Assembly (NCBI GenBank): GCA_964372275.1 | Contig: CAYJRR010000004.1 | Coordinates: 7,113-71,112, forward strand | Direction of reading: 5' to 3' | Origin: an uncultured bacterium | GTDB taxonomy: Bacteria; CAYJRR01 | Length of the DNA stretch: 64,000 bases | Part shown: positions 1 to 11,851 of the stretch, in pieces | Position numbering within the stretch: position 1 is the stretch's first letter | Layout: every line of letters begins with the position of its first letter | Notes under the pieces: generated by a model | The model's input: only the letters and a program-made list of their open reading frames with translations | Database searches by the model: none | Told to the model about the DNA's origin: nothing | Translations under genes and position numbers: made by a program

Positions 1-698
1 CCGTCGGCGCCGTCCGGGAGGCGACGAGCACCGGGGGAATCAATCCGGCACCGAACGAGAGCGGAGACGACGACGGCGCGGTCTATCTCTTCGTTCGCAG
101 CGGCAGCACCTGGTCACAGTCCCACTTCCTGAAGGCCTCCAATCCGACGAACGGCGACTACTTCGGGCAGGACCTCGCGCTCGACGGCGACACGCTGGCG
201 GTCGGATCCCCGTTCGAGGACTCCAACGCGACGGGTGTGAACGGCAGCCAATCGAACGAGAGCGCGACCGACGCCGGCGCCGTTTACATCTTCGTACGCA
301 GCGGCTCGACCTGGTCGCAACAAGCCTACGTCAAGGCATCCAACACCGGCGTCGGCGACTACTTCGGACACTACCTCGCCCTCTCCGGCGGCACGTTGCT
401 CGTCGGGTCCTACCTCGAGGACTCGAACGCGACGGGCATCGGTGGAAACGGAGGCGACAACAGCGCCGGCAATGCCGGGGGGGCCTACCTGTTCACGCGC
501 GCCGGCACGGTCTGGTCCCAACCCAGCTACCTCAAGGCCTCCAACACCGAGGCCAACGACAACTTCGGCGTCGACGTCGCCGTCGGCGGCGACGTGGTGG
601 CGATCGGGGCGAACTACGAGGACTCGGGAACCACCGGCGTCGGCTCCACGCCGAACGAGGCGGCGAACGGGAGCGGGGCCGTCTACCTCTACCGCTGA
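1..698 (+). CDS. FG-GAP repeat-containing secreted protein (C-terminal part; the gene starts upstream of the window)
   Basis: The open frame runs from the window edge to a TGA at 696-698. The translation shows repeated FG-GAP-like units: YFGxxLAL..GDTL, VGSP.EDSNATG..G, AGAVYIF. Confidence 0.6.
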   Translation, partial: VGAVREATSTGGINPAPNESGDDDGAVYLFVRSGSTWSQSHFLKASNPTNGDYFGQDLALDGDTLAVGSPFEDSNATGVNGSQSNESATDAGAVYIFVRSGSTWSQQAYVKASNTGVGDYFGHYLALSGGTLLVGSYLEDSNATGIGGNGGDNSAGNAGGAYLFTRAGTVWSQPSYLKASNTEANDNFGVDVAVGGDVVAIGANYEDSGTTGVGSTPNEAANGSGAVYLYR

Positions 699-735
699 CC
701 TCGACGCGGCCGGCCGCAGGCCGCGGGCCGGCGGG

Positions 736-2394
736 TCATCGATACAGTTCGTCGATGGCGCGCGCGTGCAGTCGTGCGACTTCGGCGCGCTTGACCTTGA
801 GCGACGGCGTCAGCTCCCCCGCCTCCTCCGACAGCGGCGACCCGAGGAGCGCGAAGCGCTTGATCGTCTCGAACGAGGGGCGGCCGGCGTTGACGGCGTC
901 GACCGCCGCCTGGATCCGCGCCCGCAGCGCCGCGTCGTCGATCCCCTCCGCCGCCGCCCGTTCGCGGTTGGGCGCGACGAGCGCCGTGAGGTAGCTCCTG
1001 CCTTCGCCGAGTACGACCGCCTGCAGCACCCATCCGCATGCGGTCAGCTCGCTCTCGATCGGCGCCGGGGCGACCTTCTTCCCGTTCGACAGCACCAGCA
1101 GCGACTTCTTCCGGTCGGTGATGAAGAGGAAGCCGTCTCCGTCGATGCGGCCGATGTCGCCGGTGTGCATCCAGCCGTCGGCGTCCCGGAACTCCGCCGT
1201 CTCCTCCGGCAGACCGTGGTAGCCGAGCATGGCGTGCTCGCAGCGGACGAGCAGCTCTCCGTCCTCCGCGATCTTCGACTCGTAGCCGGCGGCCGTCTTC
1301 CCGCACGAGCCGTAGCGGATCTCGCCCACCGGCGCCGCGTGCGAGATGCCGAACTCGCTCATCCCATAGATGTCCCGGATCGGCACCCCCGCGAGGTGGA
1401 AGAACTCGGCGATGTGCGCCGGCAGGCTCGCCCCGCCCGACCAGAAGGTCCGGATCTTCCCGCCGAAGCGGGCGCGGATCTTCGAGAAGACGATCCGGTC
1501 GGCGAGCCGCCGCCACGGGCGGTCCCGCCGCGCGGCGTCGAGGGCCCACGCGAACAGCCGCCGCTTGACCGGCGAGGCGCCGGCGGCGGCGAGAATCCGC
1601 TCGTAGGCCTTCTCGAAGACCCGCGGCACGGCGAAGGCGACCGTCGGGCGCGCAAGGGCGAGATCCTGCGCGATGGTGTCGATCGACTCCCCGATGCAGT
1701 TCTTCACCCCCGCGTGGAAGTAGACGATCGCCGAGCCGCGTCCCAGGGCGTGGCTCATCGGGAGGAAGCTCAAGGCGACGTCCCCCTCCTCGAGAGCCAG
1801 GGTGACGCGGAGCTTCTTGAGCAGCCCCTGCGCGCGATCGTGGTCGTAGAGGGCCCCCTTCGGCATCCCGGTCGTCCCGGAGGTGTAGAGGAAGGAGACC
1901 CGGGTGGCCGGGGTGAGCTCCGCCAGGCGCCGTCGCAGGCGAGGGTCGTCGAGCGACTCCGGCCGGCGCGGAAAGGGATCGGCCGCTCCGGCGGCGTCGT
2001 CGATGGAGACGATGCGGATGCCGGGGGCCGCCGCGCGCACCCGCTCCGCCTCGGCGCGACCCTCGACGAATGCCAGCGTCGCCCCCGAGTCGCGAAGCAC
2101 GTGCTCCAGCACCGGACCGACGAGCGTCGGATAGATCGGCACCACGATCGCGCCGACGAAGGCGATCGCCTGGTCGGCGAGCAGCCACTCCAGGCGGGAC
2201 CGCGAGACGATCGCCACCCGATCGCCGACGCGCACCCCCCTCTCGAGCAGCGCCACCGCCACCCCGGCCGCCTCCCGACCGATCTCCCGGTACGTCCGGT
2301 CGACGAAACGCCCGCCGACCTTCACCGCCACGCACGGACGCGCGGCGTAGGCCTGGTAGTCCTCGACGAGCTGGTGCGCGAGCGTGTACGCCAC
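736..2394 (-). CDS. long-chain fatty-acid--CoA ligase (AMP-binding acyl-CoA synthetase)
   Basis: The product is 552 aa with a GTG start at 2394. It carries the AMP-binding signature YTSGTTGMPKGA, a GYHG...TGD region, and the C-terminal SLKVKR motif of FadD-type synthetases. Confidence 0.85.
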   Translation of the reverse strand: MAYTLAHQLVEDYQAYAARPCVAVKVGGRFVDRTYREIGREAAGVAVALLERGVRVGDRVAIVSRSRLEWLLADQAIAFVGAIVVPIYPTLVGPVLEHVLRDSGATLAFVEGRAEAERVRAAAPGIRIVSIDDAAGAADPFPRRPESLDDPRLRRRLAELTPATRVSFLYTSGTTGMPKGALYDHDRAQGLLKKLRVTLALEEGDVALSFLPMSHALGRGSAIVYFHAGVKNCIGESIDTIAQDLALARPTVAFAVPRVFEKAYERILAAAGASPVKRRLFAWALDAARRDRPWRRLADRIVFSKIRARFGGKIRTFWSGGASLPAHIAEFFHLAGVPIRDIYGMSEFGISHAAPVGEIRYGSCGKTAAGYESKIAEDGELLVRCEHAMLGYHGLPEETAEFRDADGWMHTGDIGRIDGDGFLFITDRKKSLLVLSNGKKVAPAPIESELTACGWVLQAVVLGEGRSYLTALVAPNRERAAAEGIDDAALRARIQAAVDAVNAGRPSFETIKRFALLGSPLSEEAGELTPSLKVKRAEVARLHARAIDELYR

Positions 2395-2841
2395 GACGGG
2401 TGAGCCTCGCCTCGTACCCGGACTCTGGCAAGTGGACCTAACAACACTGGGACGGGCGCACGGTTCCCGCTCCTTCGACCGGCCGGTCGCCCGTCCGGTG
2501 ACGTCACCGAATTCGCGAACGATTTTCCGAGAGGTCGGCGAGCGTTGTGCGGAATGCGGCGATCGGACCGTTCGCGGCCGGGCTCGGTACGGGGTTGATC
2601 CTCGCCGACGCCTCCGTTGCCGGCCACGTGCTGGCCTCCGGGGCCGCGCTCAGCTTGGGAATGCGGAGCGGATCGGAGATCGGAGGGGTCGGCGTGCCTC
2701 GCCACACGCCGACCCGCCCGACGGCGTCCGATCGTCCCGCGGGCGCGACGAACGCCGCCGTGGGAACGGCCCGGTAGGAACGGTACGGAGCGGCCATCGG
2801 TCGTCGCGCCCGGGGCCCGGACCCTGCGCTAGACTGGCCGC

Positions 2842-4587
2842 ATGCCCTTCGATCCCAACGCCAGCTTCGGCAAATCGCTCTTCTTCGGCGAGATCCTCGA
2901 AGACCAGATCTTCCCCTACCCCGAAGTCGACGCCGACACGGCCGGGACGGTGCGGAGCGTGCTGGAGACGGTCGACCGGTTCATGCCGACGCTCGACGCC
3001 GCGGCGCTCGACCGCGCGGGGGAGCTGCCGGCGTCGGTGCTCGCCTCGCTGAAGGAGCTGGGTCTGTTCGGGCTCGTCGTCCCGCCGGAGTACGGGGGCC
3101 TGGGACTCACCAGCACCGGCTACGCACGAGTGATGCAGCAGATCGCCGGGCACGACGGCGCGGTGGCGGTCACGGTCGGGGCGCACTCCTCGATCGGCTT
3201 CAAGGGGCTGCTCCTGTTCGGCACCGAGGCGCAGAAGAGGAAATACCTCCCCCGCCTCGCCACCGGCGACCTCGTCGCCTGCTTCTGCCTCACCGAGCCC
3301 GGGTCCGGAAGCGACGCCTTCAGCATCAAGACACGCGCCGAGCGGTCGGCCGACGGCTCGCACTACGTGCTGGACGGACAGAAGCTCTGGATCACCAACG
3401 GTGGGATCGCCGACTTCTTCACCGTCTTCGCCAAGACGACCCCGGACGTGGCCGGCCAGAAGGGACGGATCACCGCCTTCGCCGTGACCCGCGACATGGG
3501 GGGCGTCACCCACGGCAAACACGAGGACAAGATGGGGATCCGCGCCTCGACCACCAACGCCGTCTTCTTCGACAAGGTGAAGGTGCCGGCGGAGAACGTG
3601 ATCGGCGAGGAGGGGAAGGGGTTCAAGGTCGCGATGTCGATCCTGAACCATGGCCGCACGGGGCTCGGCGCCGGGGCGGTCGGCGGGCAGAAGGTGCTGC
3701 TCCGGCTGGCGGCCGCGCACGCCAACGAACGCAAGCAGTTCGGCCGCCCGATCGGCAGCTTCGGCCTGATGAAGGAGAAGCTGGGGCGGATGGCGACCTA
3801 CTGCTACGTCTCCGAATCGCTCTGCTACCTGGTGGCGGCGACGATCGACCGTGGCGGCGTCGACTACTCGCTCGAAGGGGCGGCGACCAAGGTCTTCAAC
3901 TCGGAGGCCTTGTGGCATGCCGCCGACGAGGCGCTGCAGATCGCGGGGGGGTTGGGCTTCATGCGCGAGTACCCCTACGAGCGCGCGATGCGCGACGCCC
4001 GCATCAACCGCATCTACGAGGGGACCAACGAGATCCTTCGTCTCTACGTCGGGCTGACCGGCGTGCAGACACCCGGCGAATACCTGAAGGGCCTGGGGAA
4101 GGAGCTGTCGAACGCGCTCAACGAGCCGATCAAGAGCCTCGGGCTCCTCTCCGGCTACGCCGGCCGCAAGCTGCGCCAGAACCTTCCCTTCGGACGGACG
4201 CAGATCACGAAGGCGCACGAGTCGCTGCGCAAGCACGTCGCCTCGGTGGAGGAGCTGGTGCAGGAGTTCGCCGCGATGTGCGAGACGGTGCTGCGCCGTC
4301 ACGGGAAGGAGATCGTGGAGAAACAGTTCGCGACGCGCCGGCTGGGCGACATCGCCATCGACCTGATCGCGATGCTGGCGACGATCTCCCGCACCACGTC
4401 GCGGATCGAAACGCGCGGGCTCGACGCGAGCGCCAACGAGCTGAACATGACCCACGCCTTCTGCGCCGAGGCGGTCGACCGCATCCGCGCCAACTTCCGC
4501 AACGCCGCCCGGAACCACGACGAGGAGCTCAAGTCGATCGCCGACCACACGCTCCAGGTCGGCCACTACGAAAACGACGTCATCTGA
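2842..4587 (+). CDS. acyl-CoA dehydrogenase family protein (long, ACAD9/VLCAD-like architecture)
   Basis: ATG start at 2842, 581 aa. The central ACAD core (GSDAFSIKTRAE, KLWITNG) is followed by a C-terminal extension typical of very-long-chain ACADs. It is divergent from the acyl-CoA ligase. Confidence 0.85.
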   Translation: MPFDPNASFGKSLFFGEILEDQIFPYPEVDADTAGTVRSVLETVDRFMPTLDAAALDRAGELPASVLASLKELGLFGLVVPPEYGGLGLTSTGYARVMQQIAGHDGAVAVTVGAHSSIGFKGLLLFGTEAQKRKYLPRLATGDLVACFCLTEPGSGSDAFSIKTRAERSADGSHYVLDGQKLWITNGGIADFFTVFAKTTPDVAGQKGRITAFAVTRDMGGVTHGKHEDKMGIRASTTNAVFFDKVKVPAENVIGEEGKGFKVAMSILNHGRTGLGAGAVGGQKVLLRLAAAHANERKQFGRPIGSFGLMKEKLGRMATYCYVSESLCYLVAATIDRGGVDYSLEGAATKVFNSEALWHAADEALQIAGGLGFMREYPYERAMRDARINRIYEGTNEILRLYVGLTGVQTPGEYLKGLGKELSNALNEPIKSLGLLSGYAGRKLRQNLPFGRTQITKAHESLRKHVASVEELVQEFAAMCETVLRRHGKEIVEKQFATRRLGDIAIDLIAMLATISRTTSRIETRGLDASANELNMTHAFCAEAVDRIRANFRNAARNHDEELKSIADHTLQVGHYENDVI

Positions 4588-4832
4588 CGCGGAATTCGTC
4601 CGGTGGACGGCGGCCGGCGATCGGGCGAAAATCGCCCCCATGCCGTCGGTGGGCCGGCTCGCGGTCGTGGCGTGCGTGCTGATCCCCTCGCCGCGTCGCG
4701 TACGGACGAGTCGTCGACCGCGACGGCCGCCCGGCCCGCCGGAAACTCGAAGGAATCGCGATCGATCCGGCGAGCGGCAAGATCCTCGCGGTCGACGACG
4801 CCGACACCGACGACCCTTCCGAGCTGTTCCGG

Positions 4833-5741
4833 TTGTCCCGCCGGGAGCCGTTCGACCCCTATCGCCTGCCGCGCGCGGTCACCGTCTTCGCCGTGACCTC
4901 GGACGGGGCGATCGGCGTCGACGGCGGTCCATTCCGCGACGGCCGCTGGACGTGGGCCGAAGGGAGGCGCGGACGAATCGGGCTCGACCTCGTCCGCGCC
5001 GAGCATAGCGGCCGCTACACGCTGGGGGCGACCGGACGGGGGGCGCGGATCGACGGACTGCATCGCGGACAGGTGACCCTCGTCGGCGCGGTGGCCGACC
5101 TCAAGCGCCTCGAGATGCTCGCCGACACCCTCCTCCTGACGCAGGCAGGGCTGCAAGGAAGGGCGCAGGCCTTCGCCGGCGGCGACGCGGTGGCGGCCGG
5201 AGGGCTGGCCGCGGGTCGAAGGGGACTCCATGCGGTGGGGTCGGCCCAGGCGTTCGCCGGCGTCAAGGCGCGAGCGGAAGCGACCTTCGACACCATGCTC
5301 TGCGGACTGGCGCTGACCGCCACCGGCATCGCCGAGGCCAGCGCCGGCGCCGGCGCCGCCGCGGCGGGCCACTTCAAGGTCGACTGGAGCCGTTTCGCGG
5401 TTCGGATCGGCGGCGAGGCCAACGCCACGCTCGGACCCGGCGCGGGGATCGGAGGTGTCGTCGACGTCTCGGTCGAGCAGATCGTGCGCAAGCCACGCCG
5501 CGCGGCCGGTTGCGCGGTCTACGGACTGGCGATCTCGCTCGCCACGCCGGCCGGAACCTCGTCGATCGCCGCCGATCCGGTGATTCGTGCCGCGCTCTTC
5601 CGCCTCGCCGAACGCCTTCTCGCGCCGCCGTCCCTGACCAACGGCATCACCGCCGGCGCCAACGTCCACCGCGCCGCCCCCACCACCGCCTCGCCGCGCG
5701 CCGGCGGCGGATCCTCGCCCGCCGCCGGACTCAAGCGCTGA
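4833..5741 (+). CDS. hypothetical protein
   Basis: 302-aa ORF whose codon third positions are almost all G/C, the expected coding bias for this genome. The overlapping minus-strand 417-aa ORF is Arg/Gly-rich junk. No recognisable domain. Confidence 0.45.
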   Translation: MSRREPFDPYRLPRAVTVFAVTSDGAIGVDGGPFRDGRWTWAEGRRGRIGLDLVRAEHSGRYTLGATGRGARIDGLHRGQVTLVGAVADLKRLEMLADTLLLTQAGLQGRAQAFAGGDAVAAGGLAAGRRGLHAVGSAQAFAGVKARAEATFDTMLCGLALTATGIAEASAGAGAAAAGHFKVDWSRFAVRIGGEANATLGPGAGIGGVVDVSVEQIVRKPRRAAGCAVYGLAISLATPAGTSSIAADPVIRAALFRLAERLLAPPSLTNGITAGANVHRAAPTTASPRAGGGSSPAAGLKR

Positions 5742-5972
5742 GGCGGCCCCTCGGCGGACACGCACGCAAACCGCCCGATGTTCCAAAGGCGGGGTGAAGA
5801 CACGAAGGGACGGCGACACCAGCCGCTCGGATTCCGATCGGATTCCGGCCGGATACCGATCGGTTCGGATCGAGCCGGGTCGGACGCGGGAAGCCCTTTC
5901 TGTTCCGTGGGGTTCCGATCATGAGCAGGGTATATTCGTACCAGGGTCAGGAACCACGGGGTCGGAAGCCCT

Positions 5973-8900
5973 TTGAGCGCACGCTATCCCTCCATCGACG
6001 GGACCTTACGGCGCGCGCGGACCGCGCTGCGGGTGCATGACGGCCTTGCGGCGGGGGGGCTGCTGGCGGCCACCGGCGGGGGAATTCTCCTCGCGGCGTT
6101 TGCGCTTGCGGCGCTCGACGCGGGAACGGGCGTGCGCGGGCCGTTCCTCGTCCTGTGCGCGGCGTCGCTCGCGGCCGGGTCGTGGTTCGCGGCGCGGCCA
6201 TTCCTCTTCCGCTGGACCGACGACGCCCTCGCGCGCTTCGTCGGGACGAAGGTCGCAGGGATCGGCGATTCGCTCCTCTCCGCCGTGCAACTCCATCGCG
6301 ACGCGCCGCGCCTCGCCCACCGCTACGAGATCTCCCTCGAGCTGATCGACCGCCACATCGCCGACGCCGCCGACCGGACGGCGGCGATCGACCCGCGGCG
6401 GCTTCCCGACCGGGAGCGCACCGCGCGGCGCCTCGTCGCCGGCGGCGCCGTCCTCGCGACATGGGCACTGCTCGCCCTGCTCTTTCCCGGAACCGCGTCC
6501 CGGTCGATCGCCTTCCTGCTGGCGCGCCCGGGAAGCGGATCCTCCGCTGCCCTCGCCCGCGGATTCGGTCCGGCGCCGCGGCTCGGCGACGTGACGGTCA
6601 CCTACCGCTTCCCGGACTACACCGGCCGCCCCCCCGAAACGCTGGAGGGGACCGACGGGAACCTGCGCGCGTTGAAGGGGACGACCGCGGAGATCTCGCT
6701 GCGCGCCGACCGTCCCGTGCGCGCCGCCAAGATCGTCCTCGACGGAAAGGACTCGCTTCCGTTCGCGGTGCGGTCCGAGTCGTCGGGGGTCACGAGCCTC
6801 AAAGGGGCGATCGCGATCCTCGAGAACGGATCCTGGATGGTCGCCGCCGAGGGGGAGGACGGGCAGTCGGTCGCCGATCCCAGCCCGCGGACGATCACCG
6901 TCGAGGAGGACCGGCTACCGGCGGTGCAGATCGTCTGGCCGGCGACCCCCGATCTGGAGGTGAACGAGCTGGAACAGGTGGACGTCACCTGGGGGGCGGA
7001 AGACGACTTCGGGATCAAGAGCGCGGAGCTGGTCTGGGAAAACCACCTCCCTCCGCCGCCGGAGGGAGGGGAGGCCGAGCGCGGCCGACCGTCGGCAGGC
7101 GGCGGCGCCGGCGGGGCCCCCACCGCGAAGCGCCCCGCGGCAGGCCGGATTCCGCTCGCGTCGTTCCCGGGGGAGAACCCGCTGCGCCATGGCGACCGCT
7201 ACCGCTGGACGCTGGCGGCGCTGGGGCTCACGCCGGGCGGATACGTCGAGTACTTCGTCGAGGTCGTCGACAACGACACCGTCTCCGGCCCGAAGCGCGG
7301 CCGCTCGCCGAAGCAGCGTCTCTTCCTCCTCTCCTCGAACCAGATCCACGACAAGGCGGTGGCGCTGCAGGAGGAGCTGCTGAAGAAGGTGGTGCACCTC
7401 CTCGCCGATCACCTCGAGCTCGACCCGAAGACCGTCCCGGCGGAACGAATCGGACAGGAGGCCGAGCGCCTGCAAGGGCGGGCGCAGGAGGTGGCGAACC
7501 TCGTCGATGCCATCGCCGCCGAAATGCTCAAGGACCCGCTCGGTGACGAGACGGTCTACGAGCAGATCCTCAAGATCCGGGAGGACCTGGGCACCGTCGC
7601 GGCGAGCTATTCGCCGCGCGCCCTGGAGCCGTCGGGACGGAACGGCGACGCGGCAACGGCGCGGCGCAATGGCTTCGCCGAGGCCCACCGCGAGGCGGTG
7701 CCGACGCTCGAGAAGGACGTGCTGTTCCTCGACAAGCTGATCGAGAAGCAGCGGTTCGACGGCGCGAAGGCGGAGTTGCAGAAGCTGGCCCAGGAACAGA
7801 AGGACCTGCGCAAGACGCTCGAGGAGTTCAAGAAAGGCGGAGTCGACGACGCCGCGCTGGCGAAGGCGCTCGAGGCGCGGCTCGCCGAGCTGGAGCGGCG
7901 GATGATGGAGGTCGCGCGCAAGATGGCCTCGACGCTCGAGTCGATGCCGACCGACTTCGACAACTCGGCGATGCAGGAAGACCTGATGACCCAGATCCGC
8001 AGGGCGATCGAGGAGGGCCGGATGGACGACGCGGCGGCCCTCACCGAGCAGATGCTCGAGGGGCTGGACCAGATGGTCGCGCAGATGAACGAGATGGAAC
8101 AGGCGTTCAACCTCGACCCGGAGACGGCGAAGAGGCTCGACGACGCGCAGAAGGAGATGGCGCGGCTGACCGAGGAGCAGAAGCGCCTCACCGACGAGAC
8201 GACGAAGGTGCGCGACGGGATCCAGCGGCGAATGGACCAGGAGGGACGCCGGATCGACGAGTTCGCCAAGCGCGAGCTGGAGAAGGTGAAGAGGCTTCGG
8301 GAGGAGATCGAACAGCTCGACCGGATGGGGCAGGCCGACCCGTGGATGCGGGGGATCGTCCGCAGCGGCAAGACCGGGATGGAGAAGGACCTGGCGGGCC
8401 TGGAGAACGGCCTCAAGACGGGGGAGCTGGGGGAGGCGCTCGACCGGGCGATGGAGATCGACAGCACGCTGGAAGGGATCGAGAGCGCCGGCGAGAGCAT
8501 GCAGGCGGCCCCCGGCGGCGAAGGGGCCGACCCGAAGACGGTGGAACAGGCGTCGAAGGCGGGGGCGCAGGCGCAGGAGATCGTGAAGGACCTGGAGAAA
8601 CTAAGACGTTCGTTCCAGGACGCCGCCACTCCCGAGGAGCGGCAGCGGCTGTCGGAACTGGGGAAGGCGCAGCAGCGGCTGCGGGCGCGCACCGAGGGTC
8701 TGGGGCAGGAGATGCGCGGCATCTCGGAGGGGACCCCGTTCGTCCCGCCGGAGGTAGGCCAGTCGCTGCAGGGCGCGGCCAACAGCATGGGGGAGGCCGC
8801 CGACAAGCTCGACGGGGGGAACGCGGCGGGGGCGGTGCCGCCGGAACGCGACGCGCAGTCGAAGCTGGGGCAGGCGCAGGCGCAGATGGAGGGGGGCTCG

Positions 8901-9137
8901 AAGTCGGGACGCGGCGGCGCGGGGACGGGGATGCCGCTCGCGCAGCGCCTCGGCCAACGCCCGGGCCGCGGGGAGGGGATGAACGGCTTCGCCAACGAGA
9001 AGGTCGAGATCCCCGACGGAAGCCAGTTCCGGGTCCCGAAGGAGTTCCGGCAGGACATCCTCGAGGCGATGAAGAAGCCATCGCCGAACGGTTACGAGCA
9101 GCTCAACCAGGAGTACTACGAGAGGTTGATCAAGTGA
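5973..9137 (+). CDS. large membrane-anchored coiled-coil protein (DUF4175-like), first gene of a MoxR/VWA cluster
   Basis: 1054 aa with a TTG start at 5973 (a GTG near 6034 is an alternative). Two N-terminal transmembrane helices, a central beta-rich segment, and a long E/K/R/Q-rich coiled-coil C-terminus. Its position upstream of MoxR-DUF58-VWA genes matches DUF4175-type proteins. Confidence 0.6.
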   Translation: MSARYPSIDGTLRRARTALRVHDGLAAGGLLAATGGGILLAAFALAALDAGTGVRGPFLVLCAASLAAGSWFAARPFLFRWTDDALARFVGTKVAGIGDSLLSAVQLHRDAPRLAHRYEISLELIDRHIADAADRTAAIDPRRLPDRERTARRLVAGGAVLATWALLALLFPGTASRSIAFLLARPGSGSSAALARGFGPAPRLGDVTVTYRFPDYTGRPPETLEGTDGNLRALKGTTAEISLRADRPVRAAKIVLDGKDSLPFAVRSESSGVTSLKGAIAILENGSWMVAAEGEDGQSVADPSPRTITVEEDRLPAVQIVWPATPDLEVNELEQVDVTWGAEDDFGIKSAELVWENHLPPPPEGGEAERGRPSAGGGAGGAPTAKRPAAGRIPLASFPGENPLRHGDRYRWTLAALGLTPGGYVEYFVEVVDNDTVSGPKRGRSPKQRLFLLSSNQIHDKAVALQEELLKKVVHLLADHLELDPKTVPAERIGQEAERLQGRAQEVANLVDAIAAEMLKDPLGDETVYEQILKIREDLGTVAASYSPRALEPSGRNGDAATARRNGFAEAHREAVPTLEKDVLFLDKLIEKQRFDGAKAELQKLAQEQKDLRKTLEEFKKGGVDDAALAKALEARLAELERRMMEVARKMASTLESMPTDFDNSAMQEDLMTQIRRAIEEGRMDDAAALTEQMLEGLDQMVAQMNEMEQAFNLDPETAKRLDDAQKEMARLTEEQKRLTDETTKVRDGIQRRMDQEGRRIDEFAKRELEKVKRLREEIEQLDRMGQADPWMRGIVRSGKTGMEKDLAGLENGLKTGELGEALDRAMEIDSTLEGIESAGESMQAAPGGEGADPKTVEQASKAGAQAQEIVKDLEKLRRSFQDAATPEERQRLSELGKAQQRLRARTEGLGQEMRGISEGTPFVPPEVGQSLQGAANSMGEAADKLDGGNAAGAVPPERDAQSKLGQAQAQMEGGSKSGRGGAGTGMPLAQRLGQRPGRGEGMNGFANEKVEIPDGSQFRVPKEFRQDILEAMKKPSPNGYEQLNQEYYERLIK

Positions 9138-10707
9138 CGGCGCTGGCGCTCGTCCTGGCGGCGACGGTATCGCTCACGCCGGTGGAGCGGATGGGGAAGA
9201 TCCGCGCCGCGCACGAGGCGTTGGACGTCTGGGACCTGCCGGCGGCGAAGGCGGCGGCGGAGGCCTTGGAGACGGGGGCGCCGGACGATCCCGACGCGAT
9301 CGAGGCGCGCGCCTACGTCCGCTTCCACGAGGGGCGCTACGCCGAGGCGGTGAAGCTGCTCGACCTCCTGGCGACGAAGTTCAAGCGCGAGGAGAGGTCG
9401 ATCGCCCGGCTCGTCCGCAAGACGGCGAAGGTGACCGAAGGGTTCCGGGAGAAGCGGGGGAAGCACTTCACGGTGAAGTTCCTCCCCGGACAGGACGCCC
9501 TCCTGGCCGACTGGACGCTCGAGACGCTGGAGGCGCAGCGCGCGGCCCTCGAAGCCGACCTCGGCTACGTGCCGCCGGAGACGGTGCCGGTCGAGATCTA
9601 CCCGACCGGCGACAAGTTCGCGGTGGTCACGACCCTGACCCGGCAGGAGATCGAGACGACCGGGACGATCGCCCTCTGCAAGTTCAACCGGTTGATGATC
9701 ACCACGCCGGGGGCCCTCTCCTTCGGATACGCCTGGCGCGATACGCTGGCGCACGAATACACCCACTACGTCGTCGCGCGCATGACCGGGAACAAGGTCC
9801 CGATCTGGCTGCACGAGGGGCTGGCCAAGTACCTCGAGGTGCGGTGGCGGCGTCCGACCGGCGGGGAGCCCTCCCCCACCACCGAGACGGTGCTGGCCGA
9901 GGCGCTGCAGCGGAGCTACTTCGTCCCGCTCCAGAAGATGCACCCCTCGATCGCCAAGCTGCCGACGGCGTTCGACGCCACGCTCGCCTTCGCCGAGGTG
10001 GAGAGCCTGATCGCCTTCGCGGTCGGCCGATGGAAGAACGAAGGTCTTCGTTCGCTGCTCGAAGGCTTACGGGACGAAGAGCCGATGGACGTGGCGCTGC
10101 TCGGTGCCTTCGGCGTCGGGCTGGAGGGTCTGGAGGCGACCTGGAAGGAGCACCTCGCGGCCCACCCGCCCACGAGCCATCCCGATCTGTCGATCCTCCC
10201 GGTCGCGCTCAAGGATCCCAAGGCCGACGCCGAGAAGTCGGGCGCGGCGCACAAGGGACTGTCGAAGGCGGCGGCCGATCACCTGCGGCTTGGCGACCTG
10301 CTGGCGGGCGAGGTGCGGCCCGACGCGGCGGTGGTGGAGTACCGCAAGGCGCGCGAGGCGGAGCGCGCCGCGAACGGCGCGGGCGGGCACGGCCCGATCT
10401 TCGACTACAAGATCGCGGCGACGCACCTGGCGAACAACCGGTTCGACGAGGCGCGCAAGGCGCTCGATCCCGTGCTCTCGACCTACCCGACCTACGCCCC
10501 GGCGCTGAAGGCTTCGGCCAAGGCGGCGCTGGCGTTGCGCGATCCGAAGGCGGCGCGTGCCCACATCGAAGCCTCGCTGATGCAGGCGCCGTTCGACCCG
10601 GAGGTCTACCTGATGTGGGCCGACGCCTGCGGCAAACTGCAGGACGCCGCGTGCGTCGAGCGCGCCACCCGGATGAAGACGCAGCTCCTCGAGCTCTGGA
10701 GAGACCG

Positions 10708-10711
<4 letters not shown>
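9134..10711 (+). CDS. HExxH metallopeptidase-like domain plus TPR-repeat protein (BatC-like position)
   Basis: GTG start at 9134 overlaps the upstream stop (GTGA). The N-terminal hydrophobic segment VTALALVLAATVSL is a likely signal or anchor. A LAHEYTHYVV (HExxH) motif is followed by C-terminal TPR-like helices. Confidence 0.65.
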
Positions 10712-11727
<1,016 letters not shown>

Positions 11728-11735
11728 TCAGAACT

Positions 11736-11851
11736 GAAAATGGAAAATGGAAAATGGAGAATTGAAAATGAAAATTGAGAATCACGGCGAACCAAGCCTG
11801 GCCCGGCATTGGCCGGTTTTCCATTTTCGATTTTCCATTTTCCATTTTCAG
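11736..11851. repeat. AT-rich heptamer-repeat palindromic element, copy 1: (GAAAATG)n - spacer - (CATTTTC)n
   Basis: Read directly from the sequence. Tandem GAAAATG/GAAAATT heptamers form the left arm. A GC-rich spacer of about 35 nt follows, then tandem CATTTTC heptamers as the inverted right arm. It lies between moxR and the DUF58 gene; a second copy is at 59644-59762. Confidence 0.8.

Noticed and set aside
442-2431. Overlapping 653-aa plus-strand and 580-aa minus-strand ORFs across the acyl-CoA ligase locus
   Set aside because: Both are Arg/Pro/Gly-rich. The ligase frame (736-2394, minus strand) carries the AMP-binding motifs.
2431-2841. 410-bp divergent intergenic region between the acyl-CoA ligase and ACAD genes, examined for tRNA or small RNA
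   Set aside because: No cloverleaf-compatible segments or strong palindromes were seen. It is probably just the divergent promoter region, and no specific regulator site could be supported by eye.
4566-5819. 417-aa minus-strand ORF overlapping the 4833-5741 hypothetical gene
   Set aside because: Gly/Arg-rich junk composition. The plus-strand frame shows near-uniform G/C at codon third positions.
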